DNA of 64,000 nucleotides from Phoronis australis. Lineage: Eukaryota > Animalia > Phoronida. The notes under the pieces are model-generated. The model saw only the letters and a list, made by a program, of their open reading frames with translations, did no database searches and had not been told where the DNA came from. Both the position numbers and the translations under genes were made by a program. The stretch covers positions 1-64,000 of the forward strand of contig NMRA01000125.1 of NCBI GenBank assembly GCA_002633005.1. The letters are read 5' to 3'. Position 1 is the stretch's first letter; each line of letters starts with the position of its first letter. Of this stretch, positions 13,185-26,660 are shown one piece after another.

Positions 13185-16100
13185 ATGGCTGCTTACGACG
13201 AGTGGAGATGGAATGAAATCGATGAAGAAAAGTTGGTCGACTTGTGGCGAAATCACTCATGTCTGTACGACAGAAGAAACCATGAGTATAACGACAGGAG
13301 TAGAAGAGCCAAAGCGTTTCGCACCATGAGTGCGGAAATTGGAAAGTCAGGTATACTTGATGGGTGTTGTTAGGGATACAGATTTGAGATCTCAGCTGGG
13401 CATCGGATGAATAGTTTTCTTTGCAACCCACATCGCCCTACACAGATCGAGAGGTATTCTTGTCGACGTAAGCCAGCATTGGCCAACTCAAACACAACGC
13501 TTCATGTAATTCGCCATGCACATTTTATATTGAATTTATCCTTGGCAGTACCCGAAAATCTATCTTTTATTTAGGCCTATAAGCCCATCTGTCTCATACA
13601 GACAGGTTTCGTCTCTTCACTTACGCACCTGGTCTACAACTTCTAGAATTAGAGCAGACAGCCTGCGTGTCAGAGCACTGACCGAGGCCGACTGGACGAA
13701 ACCTCAAGCGCCATCTATAGAGCTCACAGTAAACTATGGTACTCGCTCCTGAGGATTGCACCTCCGATCCAACGCTACTAGATTAGAGTCTGTGGTTTTA
13801 AAGATACGTGCAGCCCTGTTGCAGATTTCGTATTGGGACTGGTTTTTTTCAAAGCATGCCATCGATTAGCATTTCAAATATACAGAAAAAAAAACAGTTT
13901 GCAGCCTCGGTTTTGAAATGGGCATTGAAAGGATTCGTTGTTTTTCAATTTGCTAATTTATGAAACCCCCGCATTTTGATTGTGCGATCGTACTTTCCCT
14001 TCGGCATTTTCGACAATTTGTGCTTTACACATTAGACCAAAAAAGCATAGTTGGTACTAGTCTCTACTCCTTGCCTTATTTTGAGGCCTGAGGTCTGTTT
14101 CATGATAAGGGAGTCAGAAAATTGGCCCTGTGTTCAAAACAAGTATTTCTGTAAAAATCTCACTAGAGAACAAAAATCGCAAAGTCTGAACATACAACGT
14201 AATTGCTTGTTACTTAGATAATTTCTATGAATTATTTTTAGATTCGTGATGCACTCATAATTCCTTGACTAAACTTCATTCAGCAATTGTGAACTGGGAG
14301 CCTATAAGACCAAATTCTGTTTTAGTCCAAGTCATTTTTTATGAAACAAATCCTTGTGCTCACCGAGTGAAAAGCGCCTACCTTATCAGTTTCACTCGAG
14401 TACTCTTTTTAAAAAAATACACAAAAGCGCTTAAGGAAGATTTGGAACTCCATGATTTTCCAAGCAATGAGCAAGAAAATATACACGCACCATTTTTGCT
14501 CGCCTCTGTTGGATTTTCTTTTTTGAAAAAATGAGCAACAAAAATACTGCATCACGGACTCAATTTTCAAAAAAGACAACGGATACCAGGCCCCGTGGGT
14601 CTGATCTTTTTATTCTATTTTTTTGTCGCTTTGTGTTCTACTTTTGTGGAACGCAAGAGAAGAGTCTATTATTCCATGCGCGTGAATACTACTTTAACGT
14701 GATGATCCCAGCATTAAGGCTAAAAGTTAGAGTCTGAACTTGGAATTTCGAGTTTTTACTTGAAATCTCGGGTTTTTACTCGAATTTGTAGCACAAATCT
14801 AGAGGTCATCAAGTGCGAACTTGGTCTAAAAATTTATATGCATGAACCATAATGCACCGCACAATCTAATATCCACTTATCTTGAGTTTGTACAAAAGTA
14901 GAACAGAAAATGTCAAAATTAATTTCGAGTTTGATTTCGAGTACAAAAATTAGACCTTGCCCTCAGAACCGACTATGCTTTTTAGCCTAAAAGGTGTTAT
15001 CAAACTCTGCCCACTGGAAACTGTAGAAAGCATCAAATTAATTACCAAAATAGCAAAAGAAAATGTAATTGTTCCAACCCCCGGTTAAAAATTCGTCCTC
15101 GCACTCGAGTCGTACTCAGTAGAGTTCTAAGGTGCTTGTAATTCGGCAAACGAAAGCAGCAAACGTCGGTGTATATATGGGCGCATATTGTAATCTTCTT
15201 CGACCGGGCGCTATTCGTCCACAGCTGTATCTTATAAAGCCCTTCCGTCGGCAAGATCTGGAGTTGTATTCCTGTGAACATGACGACGGATGAGTGTGAC
15301 CTTCAGACAAATTCGCCTACTACTAATGCTGGTGTCTCCTAGTGGCAAATGCAGGTTTTTGAGTCTGCCACGTTTTTACCAAATTTGGGACATATAAGTT
15401 GTGTGTATCAGGGGCAGCTCCGCCATGTTGTGCACCACTCTAAGTGGCAATTTTAGTATTCTGGTGCTTGCTTTAAGGGTCAGTCTCTTGTCAGTCAAGT
15501 GTACCAATTGCCGTGTTTACGTGCCGCTAATCTAACCGGTGTTATGTTTCTACTTACAGGGGACAAAATAAAGAAAAGAATGGAGTCGCTGCGGACCAGT
15601 TACTCAAGACTCATTAAGCTACCGCCACCAGGCCCTCATCAAAGGGCACCGAGCAAACGGCAAAAGTGGATTATCGACAGCCTGGACTTTCTCAGACCTT
15701 TCATTACAACAAGAGCAATACCAGGCGTGAGTGTTTTTTATAGAGGCATTCCGCAGTGTAAACAAGCTACGGTAAACGTTATTCTTAAGTGGCTAGAAAA
15801 TACACGTTTTTACATCAACGAATTTAATCATCTTAAAAAAATATGAGTTTTGTGTCTGCTAAAGTAACTCATTAAAGGTCTGGTGAAGTGAAGACACTTG
15901 TTCAGCCCTATATGCGTACGCTAACCGTGTGTGTCACCACGTGAAGATGTGCCCATATTCGTGCGCCTAGGTGTAAGAGATTTAATCAAAATCAATGAGC
16001 TAACCAAAAGTTGTAGGACCTGCGTGACGTTTAAGTTATCCGTCACAGTCTACGTTGACGCGTTTTCAATTACATGGTTAAACCCTCAATTGAAAAATAC

Positions 16101-16948
16101 AAAGAATAGACAAAAAGACACCAAAATACTCAGTTTGAGAGGTACACGAGGCACGAGAAACGCCCGTCTGTGGCTATAGGCAAGGCTTTTGTTCTGTGTA
16201 AATGATTGCGTCAATGTGCGCAACGCTTGAGTAAAAATCTTGTTCATCTGTTCGAATTGAAGAACTACACTTTTTCGAGTATGGTCGTATGGGGCCTAAA
16301 TATGCACACATACGTCTGAGATAATTTAGTTATTTGCTCATTTGCACTTTATTCCAGGATATTTCTGGTGCGTTCAAGTACGACGAAGACGATGTTATCA
16401 ACCACACTGTCTCCGCAATAGTTGGCGTGGAAGACGACGGTGACGAAATTGACGAACAAGTCGAAGACACAGAGGACTTGGACGCGTCAAACGATAGTAA
16501 CCGCGCTTCAACAAAGCGACCAGTTACAGGGATGAGACGTGACAATGCCGAAGATCTGAAGAGGAAAACGAAACAGGAAAGTTTAGAACTTACATGTTCC
16601 GATGATGACGAAAAGCGCCCGTTAAGACGTTTGTCTAACAAACGTAGCAAGACTAACAAAGACCATGTCGAGAGTGACGACGACGAAGACGAATCTTTTG
16701 TCCGACATGTGTTGTCGTCTATGAGGAAAATGAACGAACAAAATAAGGCCATCTTCATGCATGAAGTGCACAATTTATTGTTCCGAGCCAAGATGGACTG
16801 GTTGTCTGACGTTCTGAACTCAAGTTCGAGTCAACATCCGCATCCTGTGTACATTCATTCGGCACAGACACAGTCTGTGACACAGTCTGTGGACTCTTTA
16901 CCTACGAAATCGGAGTGCCGTGACCTGGCCAGTTATATGAATACCTAA
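13185..16948 (+). CDS. MADF (Myb/SANT-like in Adf-1) plus BESS domain transcription factor, 3 exons, 307 aa
   Basis: Exons 13185-13350, 15560-15726 and 16358-16948 (GT-AG, phases 1 and 0). N-terminal MADF pattern WNEIDEEKLVDLWRNHSCLYD..Y.D...R...F...IKKRMESLRTSYSR...KWIIDSLDFLRPFI, an acidic/basic disordered linker, and a C-terminal BESS-like DEDESFVRHVLSSMRKMNEQNKAIFMHEVHNLLF. Confidence 0.88.
14587..14966. mobile_element. Foldback MITE family, copy 2 (intron 1 of the MADF gene)
   Basis: 14707-14966 aligns by eye to 6797-6993. Confidence 0.6.
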
Positions 16949-18234
16949 AGTCTGTAAGCTGGCGGATATCTGCTGTTTCTAGTCACAGTTAAGGATATGG
17001 AAGTAACTTTGTTACCCAACATCATATCTTGAACGACGAAATTGGAAATAATCATAATTGCATATTTTCATCAGGTCAAGTAAAGTTTTTGCCGATTTAG
17101 TGGTTTAATTTCATGGAGATCAGACTGACCTGTTAATGTTAATAATTAAGAACTGAATATTTCAGGACTTTGCGAATTCGCCGGTCATCTATATGTTGTG
17201 TTGAAACATGTTTGTCATGCTTGAAAGCATTTGCTTTAAGAAATTACTCTCGAATTCTCTTCTGTTAAAATGTATTAATTAAGGGTTAAGTGGTCATTTT
17301 CATAAAGAAGTTAAGATACGTGTAGAGATTCAACTTTGTTCCTTAAGTTTTCATTTGTGCTAACACTGATATTTCCTTCTGCCATTTTACATCCATTACT
17401 TAGCCAGTTTTTAGCTAAATTGAAACATACCAAGAGTAAACGTATTAAATTATGAAAGTAAAGAAGTATTTTTTCATGCAATGTCCCTAATTGAAGCACT
17501 AGTTTCTTCAGTTCTCCGAAAGAAAACAATGCTCTACAACCCTCGACAACCCTCAACAGTTTGGAGAAAGATTTGAAAACTAATGGAGAACTTTTATATA
17601 TTTAACTTACAATTAAAAACTGAGGTTTTGTCTTTTAATTTTTGTGTACAACGCATGTGCGTATTTGTGCGTTTGGTAGTTACACTCCTGTGTATATAAA
17701 CACGTTCCCGATGGCAATCAAAGACACCTTGGCCTGCAGCATATCACAAAGTGTTAACGTAGTATCGGTGTGCTCACACCCACTATCGACAGTGTACTCA
17801 CGATCGACACCTTATGATTTTCGTTCAACGAACAAGTGTTTGACAGTCATGACAGCTATACTGAATTCCGTTTAAGCCTCAGGCGCAATCAGGTTGCACA
17901 GCGTTTGGCATCTTGTTTACTGTGTCACATATGCGCAAAATCTTGCATTTTGAATGCGGTTAGTAACAATTTGAAGTAGCAGAGGAAGCAGACGACTAGG
18001 ACGTTTCCTTTTTTGAAAAATTCATATAGCACACACGTGCTTTCGGAAACGTCGAGTTGTGGGGGTCGATCGTGAGTGCATACCTTCGTGAGCCAAGTGA
18101 GTTGTCTTATATTGCTAGCAGAATATTAGTCTCTTGATCGATTTTTCTTAGGTGACACCATTCTAAAGCTCCGTAAAATATGTTTTGTTACACTGAAAAA
18201 GCGTTTCCAGAGATGCACTTACGCTTACTCATTC

Positions 18235-18624
18235 CAAGGGGGATCAACAATTAATGGGACTTCAAAACTACTTGCCCTGACTTCAAAACCAGCTAGTTGG
18301 ACTGAAAAACCCGATGGCTTGTGTTCTAACTTGGTGGTCGGACCTCAAAACGCGATGTCCGGCACCTCGAAACCAGATGGCCGAACCCAAAAACTGATCG
18401 GTCTTATCTAAACGGGTTAGTCGGTGCCCAAACACAATGGCCGAACAAATCTTCGGCCAACTGGTTATAGCACTGACCATCGTGTTATGGGTCCAGTCAA
18501 CTAGTTTTTTTGGGTGAGGCCTTCGCGTTTTGAAGTCTGGACAACACGATTGACCACCGGTCATTTGGTTTTGCAGTCCAGCCGAGTGGTTTTTAAGTTG
18601 GGGCAATTGTTGATTCACCCCTTG
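18235..18624. mobile_element. MITE-like element with inverted ends and internal subrepeats
   Basis: Left end caagggggatcaacaatt versus right end aattgttgattcaccccttg. aaaac-type subrepeats in the left half are mirrored by gtttt-type subrepeats in the right half. No clear target duplication. Confidence 0.6.
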
Positions 18625-18717
18625 CTTTCCATAAGGCGAGAAACACTATGCATTAAATCCATGTACATTCCAGCTAGCGATATGAATTCTAATATTAATT
18701 AGCCCTCAGCCGCCGAA

Positions 18718-18928
18718 TTAGCTTGCGTCTCCGAGCCCCTCAGGTCCCATAGCTAAGTTTCCACAGTCAACCGGTATGTCGGCTCCGTCAATAAACATGG
18801 CGTTTCTTACTGCACAGGAAGGCGACGACCGAAGCGACGCCTGACGCCTGAATCAATTGTTTGTTCATGTGACACTTGTTAACAAGTTCTTGCAAGGCAT
18901 TCGGTGATGACCCAAGAACTTGCTTCAG
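18718..18928 (-). pseudogene. SDR copy D: orphan duplicate of exon 5 with a +1 frameshift
   Basis: Acceptor tttcag, then LKQVLGSSPNALQELVNKCHMNKQLIQASGVASVVAFLCSK, one extra base (agtaagaaacgcc versus agtaaagacgcc in copy C), then AMFIDGADIPVDCGNLAMGPEGLGDAS*. Length is 211 nt versus 210 in copy C. I found no exons 1-4 between here and copy C. Confidence 0.85.
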
Positions 18929-20040
18929 CTGAAAGAAATTGTAAATTGCGATTTGTAAATGGAAGCTAAAATAACAGGCAAACAACTAGAAATTATCACG
19001 GTGGTTTCTGCGTCATCTTTAAACTGTACTAAATGTCCAGTTCGAACTACTCGTGGTTTTGTAGGTGAGCAAATGCTTTCCCACCTTAACATCCTAGATC
19101 CACCAGCTAAGTGCAGTCAAATGGTAAAGTGTACATAGAAAACCGGGAACTGAAAATCTGCGGTTGCCTTGGCCATTTAGAACAGTTGTCACAATCGTAA
19201 ATCGTCTGGTTGCGTCAAACAGTCCCAAATAGGGATTCAATTAAGGTCCCTCAGTCTTTTTGCGTATTTGTGTCTTTATGGAATCACAGATGCAATATTT
19301 TTCTATCATTTCATCTTTATTATGAGCTCCTCTTTGATTAATGACATTTTCGAAAAATATAACTAAAAACTGAGCCCAGAGTTCACTGAAAACAACTAGG
19401 GACTCAATCATTAAATTGGGGGTGTTGCATGAAAAGATCCCTAAATATTTCCGATAATAGGGACAATTCAAAAGTTGACTTACTAATGAAACTAAAACAA
19501 TAGAGGAAAAGGCAATCGATGTTTTCACAAGTCCATAACTACGCAGTAGATTTAGGGAACTTGGTTGAGTCCTATTTGGTACTCTTTCATGCAACCGGGC
19601 CCTGAGGTATGGGTATCCCAATGCTTGGAAATGGCCATCTGGCTGGTCCGCTGTGGTGGGTGTGGTCGGGGGCCGGAACATGTACATGTCAACCGACCTG
19701 AGAAAAATATAAATTTTCTACAATTTAAATTACAGTATACAACGTCGCTGCATTTTCAATATCTATTAATAGCTGTTTGATGTTGACTCCCGACCTGGAC
19801 AGGTGTAACAGAGCGATGAAATCAGCTTTTTGAATACATTAGCCTGATGAATGGAACAATAATGAAGGCAATACTTTTGGGCCGTGAAGGGTGGAACATT
19901 ATGCAATCATAGAAGCCAATGGTGAGAGAATGAGAAAGAAGTCGCACATGTACACGTATTATTTGTTACGGACGACTCATCCTGTATGAGTTGAAGAAAA
20001 TGAAACGTCGCTATAGTTTGAATCGTCTCGGAGTATACTA

Positions 20041-23000
20041 TTTTTTATTTTATTATTGTGATATTTAAAATGAGAGTGGCCTCTTCAGTGATAGCACTGC
20101 TTTCCAAGAGGGCCCTCAACAAGAAAAACAGTAATATAATACAATGAAGTAATAAAACAACAATGAAATATACTTAACAAAGATACAACTAAAACAGGTT
20201 GATAATTAAGACAATAACTAAATGACAAATAATGAAATGAATTAAGAGATGATCCTAGACAGTGAGAGTATTTACAACAATGAAAAAATGACATGATTAA
20301 GACAGGCAGGGTATAAAAGGTTATAAGTAAATTACAGCCACTTTTTAATATTTACTTTAAAAGTAGTAATTGAATTGGACCGTTTAATTTCTGGGATAAA
20401 AGAATTCCATATTATAGCAGCTGCATAGATAAAAGATCTCTTGCCCGTCTCAGTTTTAATTTTTTTAGAATAAACATTGCCAGCACCAGAAGAACGTGTA
20501 GAATATACAGCCTGACTGCTATTGAATTTACTGCTGAGATATGCTGGAGCCAAGCCATTGATACATCTGTACATACAACAGGCAGAGAGATATTTATTTC
20601 TTTGTCTTACTTTCATAAATCCCAGCTTGGAATAAAAGTCGTCAACCCTAGTGTCCCTAATTTTAGTACCCAGGATTGCCCTGGCGGCTCTATTTTGGAT
20701 TACTTGGACTTTGCTGACAAGTGTGTCGCTAGTGTGCCCCCAAACCGGTAAACAATAATCAATATGAGGCTGAATTATAGGATGGCAAAGGATCTTAAGA
20801 GTACTGACATTAAGAAATTTGCCTAGACGTTTAAGTACACCGATTTTCTTTGATAATTTCTTTGTGATATGATCTATGTGTATATTAAATTTAAGATTGG
20901 GATCTAAAGTAAGTCCCAAGTACTTAAACTTGTCAACATTCCCGATGGGAGAACCGTTGATAGAAAGGGATAGTTTTTGTTGTTTTAATTTCTGGCGTTC
21001 CATACAGCATCGACTTGGTTTTACTAACGTTAAGAGTGAGTTTATTTTGAATCAGCCAGTCATGGATAAGGGCTAGCTCATCGTTGAGAGAAGTTTTGAG
21101 TTCTTTTGCTGACCCAGCTGTGGACATAATTGTAGTGTCATCAGCGTATAAAACTGGGACAATGTTGTGGAGGACAGTAGGGAGGTCGTTAACAAAAATA
21201 GTGAATAATAGAGGGCCCCCTGAGGTACCCCCGTGATTACGGTTGAGTAGTCAAAAAGCATACCACCGTATTTGGTGGCCTATTTACGGTCGTATAAGTA
21301 GTTTCTAAACCAAAGGAGTTCGTTATCATTAACTCCATAAGACTCTAGTTTCTGCAATAGGATACCATGGTCCACAGTGTCAAAGGCTTTCTTAAGGTCA
21401 ACAAAGACAGCACCAGTTAGTCTCCCCTGATCCATATTATAAAAAACTCAGTAGCACGAATGTTTGTAGTAAGAGTGGAATGCAAGGGGCGGAAACCAGA
21501 CTGTGCTGCCGAGAGGAGGGAATTTTGCTCTAGGAACTGGTGAAGCTGCTTTTGAACACACCTTTCAAGAATTTTGGACACTGCAGGGAGGACCGATATT
21601 GGTCTATAATTTTCGCAACTTGACTTTTCACCATCTTTAAAAACGGGAGTAACAACTGCCATCTTCCATTCTCTAGGAATTGTGGCCGTTTTTAAACTTA
21701 AATTCATGATATTGGTAAGGGGCTCAGCTATTTGTTGAGACGCCAGTTTTAATAGTTTGGCATCAATGCTATCGATTTCACTGGCACTACCAGAGTTCAG
21801 AGTTTTTATTTGTTCTCAGACGTAGTCAACTTGAATGTCTTGAAACTTAAATGATATTCCCTCTTGTATCTTGGGCGGAAGCTCAATAGTTGACATACTG
21901 AAAATCTCAGCAAGTTTTTGGTCAATGCCAGTAAAAAAGGTCATTAAATGCATTTGCTATTTTACTTTTGTCCGAAACAAAATCGTTTCCAATTAGAAAT
22001 TCATTTGCGACAGACTTGGACTTGTTAGGTAAAATTGATTTTATGATTTTCCAGAGAGTTTTCAAGTTAGATTTGTTTTCATTAATAACTTGGTCGTAAT
22101 ACTCAGTTTTAGCCCGTTTAAGAGCATTGTATACCTTATTTCTAGCTTTCTTAAAGATACCCCAGTCAGATGAATTTCGAGTACGCCGAGCTATTCGCTT
22201 CAGGTAATCTCTCTTGCGAGAGAGAGCTATGAGGTTATCATTATACCACTCGAGTGATTTGCCCTTTAATTTCAATTGGATTGCGGGGGCATGATTATTA
22301 ATTACTCTAATGAAACTTTGCTTGAAAATCGTCCAAGCGGCATCGGGGTCTGCAGCGGTGGTAACGGCGCCCCAATCAATCGCCTGTAGATCTCTGAGAA
22401 AGTCTTCTTTATCGAAGGTGCGATATGAACGCTTGGTAATGATACGTCGCGGAAACCTAGGGCGACATGTCTTATACGCTGTGAATACAATATTATGATC
22501 ACTAATCCCAATGGGTATATTATCAAATGTAAAAAATTTGTCAACGTTTGATACAAGAATAAGATCAAGGCATGTGGAAGTTTTGTCGGTAACCCTTGTG
22601 GGCTCGTCAATAATATCCTGCATACCCAACTCTCGTTCCCATGCCTTAATCTTACTCACTGTCTTCTTACACAATGCATCATAATTAAAATCAACAGTAA
22701 CAATAAAATCTTTGCTAGTTTGATTATGAACAATATTTTTTAAATGATCAGTCAATTTTTCTGTGTATTCTGCGTTCGCAGAGGGTGGTCTGTAGACTGA
22801 TCCAATAATCAAATTCTTCGATTTAGGAATATCAATCTCAACCCAGAGCGACTCCACCTGTTTGTCATGGTGCTGGAGCTGACGGCTAGTTAGTCCTTCT
22901 TTCATGTAGACGGCAACACCACCACCTTTCCTGTTACGGTCGTTCCTATTCAATTCAAAGCCGTCGATGGCGATCTCAGAATCATCGATGGTAGAAGAGA

Positions 23001-24020
23001 GCTGTGTTTCATTCAAGCAAAGAATATCGATGGGTTTTTGACTCATAATAAAACGCAGATCATCAATTCGGTCAGTTAGCGACACTATATTAAGGTGTCC
23101 AATACGGAAACCTTTGGTGTATTTTAAATCAGATAGAATATCGGGACCATGGTCACTCAGGATACTGCCAGAGATTGACGGGGTTGATTCATTAATGTTC
23201 TCGGTTGTGAACAACGAGTCACTAAAATTTAAAAAATCGGAGAAACCATTGAGAGCCGGGACGTGGTCTGGTTTGAGCCACGTTTCCGTGGTTGCACCTA
23301 TGTCATCTTTCTGTTCAGAACCGTAAAGAACCTCACTGTTATTGGTAGCAGATTCAGTGACTAGGGGGATGTCCCACATTAAAAGCCTCATGCCAGTCAA
23401 TTACATTGTCATGGTGCATCTCTGGTTGGAAACATGGATAGACATAATGCGGGAACCAATGCAGTAGTCCCAAATACATAGCAGTAGCAATGCAGTGGGT
23501 TATCACCTGTTGAGTTCCGTTCAGCTGAATGCTGCACCTTGAATAGCAACCAGGAATATCCTTGGGAAGGGTACACAGCAGGATATCGGTATGGCAGCAA
23601 AAATTTTCATCGATACTCACAGAGTTCAGTGTCAAAATACAGTAAAACCACAAAACACAGTTCTGTGGCAGTCCACTCATCAGATCCTTCGACATTAAAA
23701 CTCATTCGTTGGAACCCAAATATACATCAATCAGAGCGGTTATGACTTTGCAATTCTCTAGAGACACAGAGCAATAACAGCACGTTACATGTCACAGACT
23801 TAAGCTAATTTCAAAAAATAAAATAAAATAAAAACTAATTTACCGACCACGCCAACAGCAATGGCAACAACACATGGGCGCAACGAACGAGTCCCGAAAT
23901 TTGGCGAATTGGGCAAAAAGGTCCGCCACAGTTGACAAAAAGTCCGAGTAAACGAGACAAAAGTCCACGAAATTCACGGGATGTCGGATGCACGGTTCGT
24001 GGGCCAAAACCTAATGGCCC
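20041..24020 (-). mobile_element. Decayed non-LTR retrotransposon (L2/Crack/CR1 group), APE endonuclease plus reverse transcriptase ORF broken by frameshifts
   Basis: ORF 21922-23400 has APE motifs HLNIVSL, LCLNET, GGGVAVY, GSVYRPP, DFN, PTR, LDL and SDH. RT motifs NYRPISVLP, QSGFRP, DLKKAFDTVDH (about 21368-21400), GVPQG and LYADDT (about 21135-21152) follow, then a C-terminal KYLG..LD..L.F..H segment (20332-21003). The 3' end has a stem-loop and an A-rich tail at about 20041-20117. The 5' boundary is approximate. Confidence 0.93.
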
Positions 24021-24115
24021 TGTTTATTTTTATTTTTTAGTCTTCGTTGATTTCTTTCAGTAAAAGGTCCACATACCGAAAAATTAGAGATATTTTAGGC
24101 TGAGAGCGTGCATGT

Positions 24116-24660
24116 AACATCAAGCTCACCGTGGAGCTAAAGATGGATGGTAAACTCCCGTTTCTGGGTCTCTGCGTGCACATTAACGACGACGGCTGTA
24201 CTAGAGTCACCATATATGGACCCCCACACTGTTTGAACTTCCCTAACCACACGACCCAAAACAAACAGTCTGTAGTCCGTACTCTGCTCAACAGAGCCAC
24301 GGGCTACATTACGATACCCGACAACTCATATAGAGATCATGCACGTCAGATAAGTGCTCAAAGACATCGAGTACCTGAACCGGGCGCTCAAACCCTCCAC
24401 CTTCTGGAGAACCCACTGGAGAAGGGGGATAACTAGATACCTCTGGACATTCTGTATGCAGTGATCACACTACGAAAACTGGCTCTTAAGAAACTGAAGG
24501 TTAAAGAGGCCATCTTTATAAAATCAAAAAGCCTACCATGATTTGTGACCGTGGTTCTTTAATAATACGACGCTATACTACCCCCAAATCAAAGAAAGGG
24601 GAGTCGGCGACACATCGTTTGTTGACAAAATACCGCGGAGCACAACTCGAAACGTCCAAA
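24116..24660 (+). mobile_element. Degenerate Penelope-like retroelement fragment (RT thumb plus GIY-YIG C-terminal remnant)
   Basis: NIKLTVELKMDGKLPFLGLCV..NDDG....IY, LNFPNH...NKQSVVRTLLNRA and downstream KLKVKEAIFIK resemble the PLE patterns IKFT.E.E..G.LPFLD, LNF.S.HP...K.SV..TL..RA and KEAI.I. The fragment is internally deleted and frameshifted. Confidence 0.75.
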
Positions 24661-26660
24661 ACACTGAGAACACAACCTCTGAGAAGGTAAATTACTTTAC
24701 TCAACTTGAAAACAATAGATCGTATCAAAAAAACAGATCGCGCTTACTTGTTACTTGACGAGATATATCAGTACGACAAATTTCAGAAAAAATCGTTAAA
24801 GAATAGCCGCGGAAGATGTTGATTTCTATATATTTATCCCGGATACCAGTCTCATATAGTTCACAGTCAAAAGGATTTCTCAAACAATGTGAATAACCAA
24901 ACGTAGAAAAAAAAATCGACAAACATAATTAAAGCTCATCTCTTGGTTTGTCTAAGGATTGAGTTTCAAAAACAGTAACCGATATTTGTCATCTTGCATG
25001 TTTTCTTATTTGTTACAAAATGAAAACAAAATATCTGAAAAATCGTGGGAGTGGGAGAAAAAATGGTTATAATCCATTTGGTAAAGCAATTGGTAGGCAA
25101 TTCTTACACGATTTGCAGCGTTTGGTCAGTACAATTAGAATGCGCACCCAGGACAAATGAAAACTACAAAATGGCGACCATAGACGCCATTTTCAGCCTA
25201 AATTCAGTGTGCACCATGGTCATGTAAAAAACACGTCTAAAATAAAGTCCTTGCATGCATATTGCGACCTCTGTTGAAAAAAATATGTTTTGGGCTAAAA
25301 TTAAGGTGCCTCAACAAAAGGGCCGCCGTAACCGCTATATTGTAATAGATGCAGTAATTCACGTACAGTTCTAAACACGTGCCTATTTTGAGCTCAGTAT
25401 CAAAACATGTCGGATTTAGAAGCGTTCAAGTCCAATTTAGAAAAATGGCCGCTACATAAACCACCTTGCCTTTGGTCATGAAGAAAAGCAATAGGCTTTG
25501 AGATATTAAGGAGTTGTAGGTAGTGTGTAAATTTCATATCAATCAAACAAGAAATGTGACCGGAAGCATTTCTCCGAACAAACAAAACTCTTCACAACTG
25601 AGACAGACAGAGTAACAGACTTGGCGAAATAAATTTGACGATAGAGTAAAATACTCTGAGCAGAGATCTGACCAACAAATCTCGAATAACTCGAAAACGC
25701 TTGTCCAGAGCGCGAAGCAGATGGCACAACGCGGATTGCGCTTGCCGAGATCTATTCACATTCCAGATTTCAGAAACATAGGCCCACGGACGCCGGAGAT
25801 ACGGCACGAAAACTCAAATAATTTAGGAGCACTCGCGGGAAAATCTAGAATAACTCGAGAACGGCAAGAGGTAAATAAAAAGGGCAAGACATTTCATATA
25901 GCCCTCAAATTGTCTATTGTACTGATGCAGCTGGTCATGAAAAGTAGTTCCATCAATTCATTTTCGTATTTAAGGAAATGGGTCTGATGTATCTGTCAAA
26001 AGCCTGGTGTTTACAACAGTTAGCACTGTTTATGATAAGGGCCTGAAAATTGTAAGACCATGTCGTCATAATAAAACACTAGCTTTCGAGCCTTAATGGG
26101 TGCAGCTATTCACCAGATATGAAGATAACTGTCGCGAAATGTTTATTTATACCAACCTATTCAGAACTACAACGGGAAGGGATGACCTAAAATGAAAAGG
26201 CAAGGCTGAGATATTGCCGTGTATTTCAAATGCGAACACGTGATTTTGGCTAAATTTTAGCGAGGTCCTAGCGTTATTGAACTCTACCCTTGTTTAATAA
26301 ATCGCGCGTGCGCAAAACCTTGCTTTTTAAAAGTGAGCAGTAACAAGTTGATGTTGCAGAGGAAGCAGACGACTAAGAAGTTTCCATTTTTGCAAAATTC
26401 GCAAATCACAACGAGTTCAAGAGACGTGTTTACTGGAACGTTGACTTGAGGGGGTCGATCCTTGATGTACACACGTTTGCGAACCAAGTGAGTTGTCTTT
26501 TACCGCTTGTAAAATTGTAATCTCTTGATCCATTTCCTCGTCATTCGAAAACCTTGGAAAATATATCTTATTACATTGAGAAAGCTTTTCCAGAGAAACA
26601 TTTGAGCTAGCGAGGTGAATCAAAATGTTAATTCGTCCTACTCATAGAACAGTAGTCGAA

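Noticed and set aside
13668-13712. Hammerhead-ribozyme-like string ctgaccgaggccgactggacgaaac
   Set aside because: There is an extra base in the CUGANGA core, stem II is mismatched, and stems I and III do not pair.
16330-16791. 153-aa minus-strand ORF
   Set aside because: It is the antisense shadow of MADF-BESS exon 3.
23355-23400. 2A/StopGo peptide at the start of the LINE ORF (RLLMWDIPLV)
   Set aside because: It lacks the required DxExNPGP motif.
24615-24660. Penelope-associated hammerhead ribozyme (cgaaacgtc)
   Set aside because: The CUGANGA core is absent and the stems cannot be recovered.
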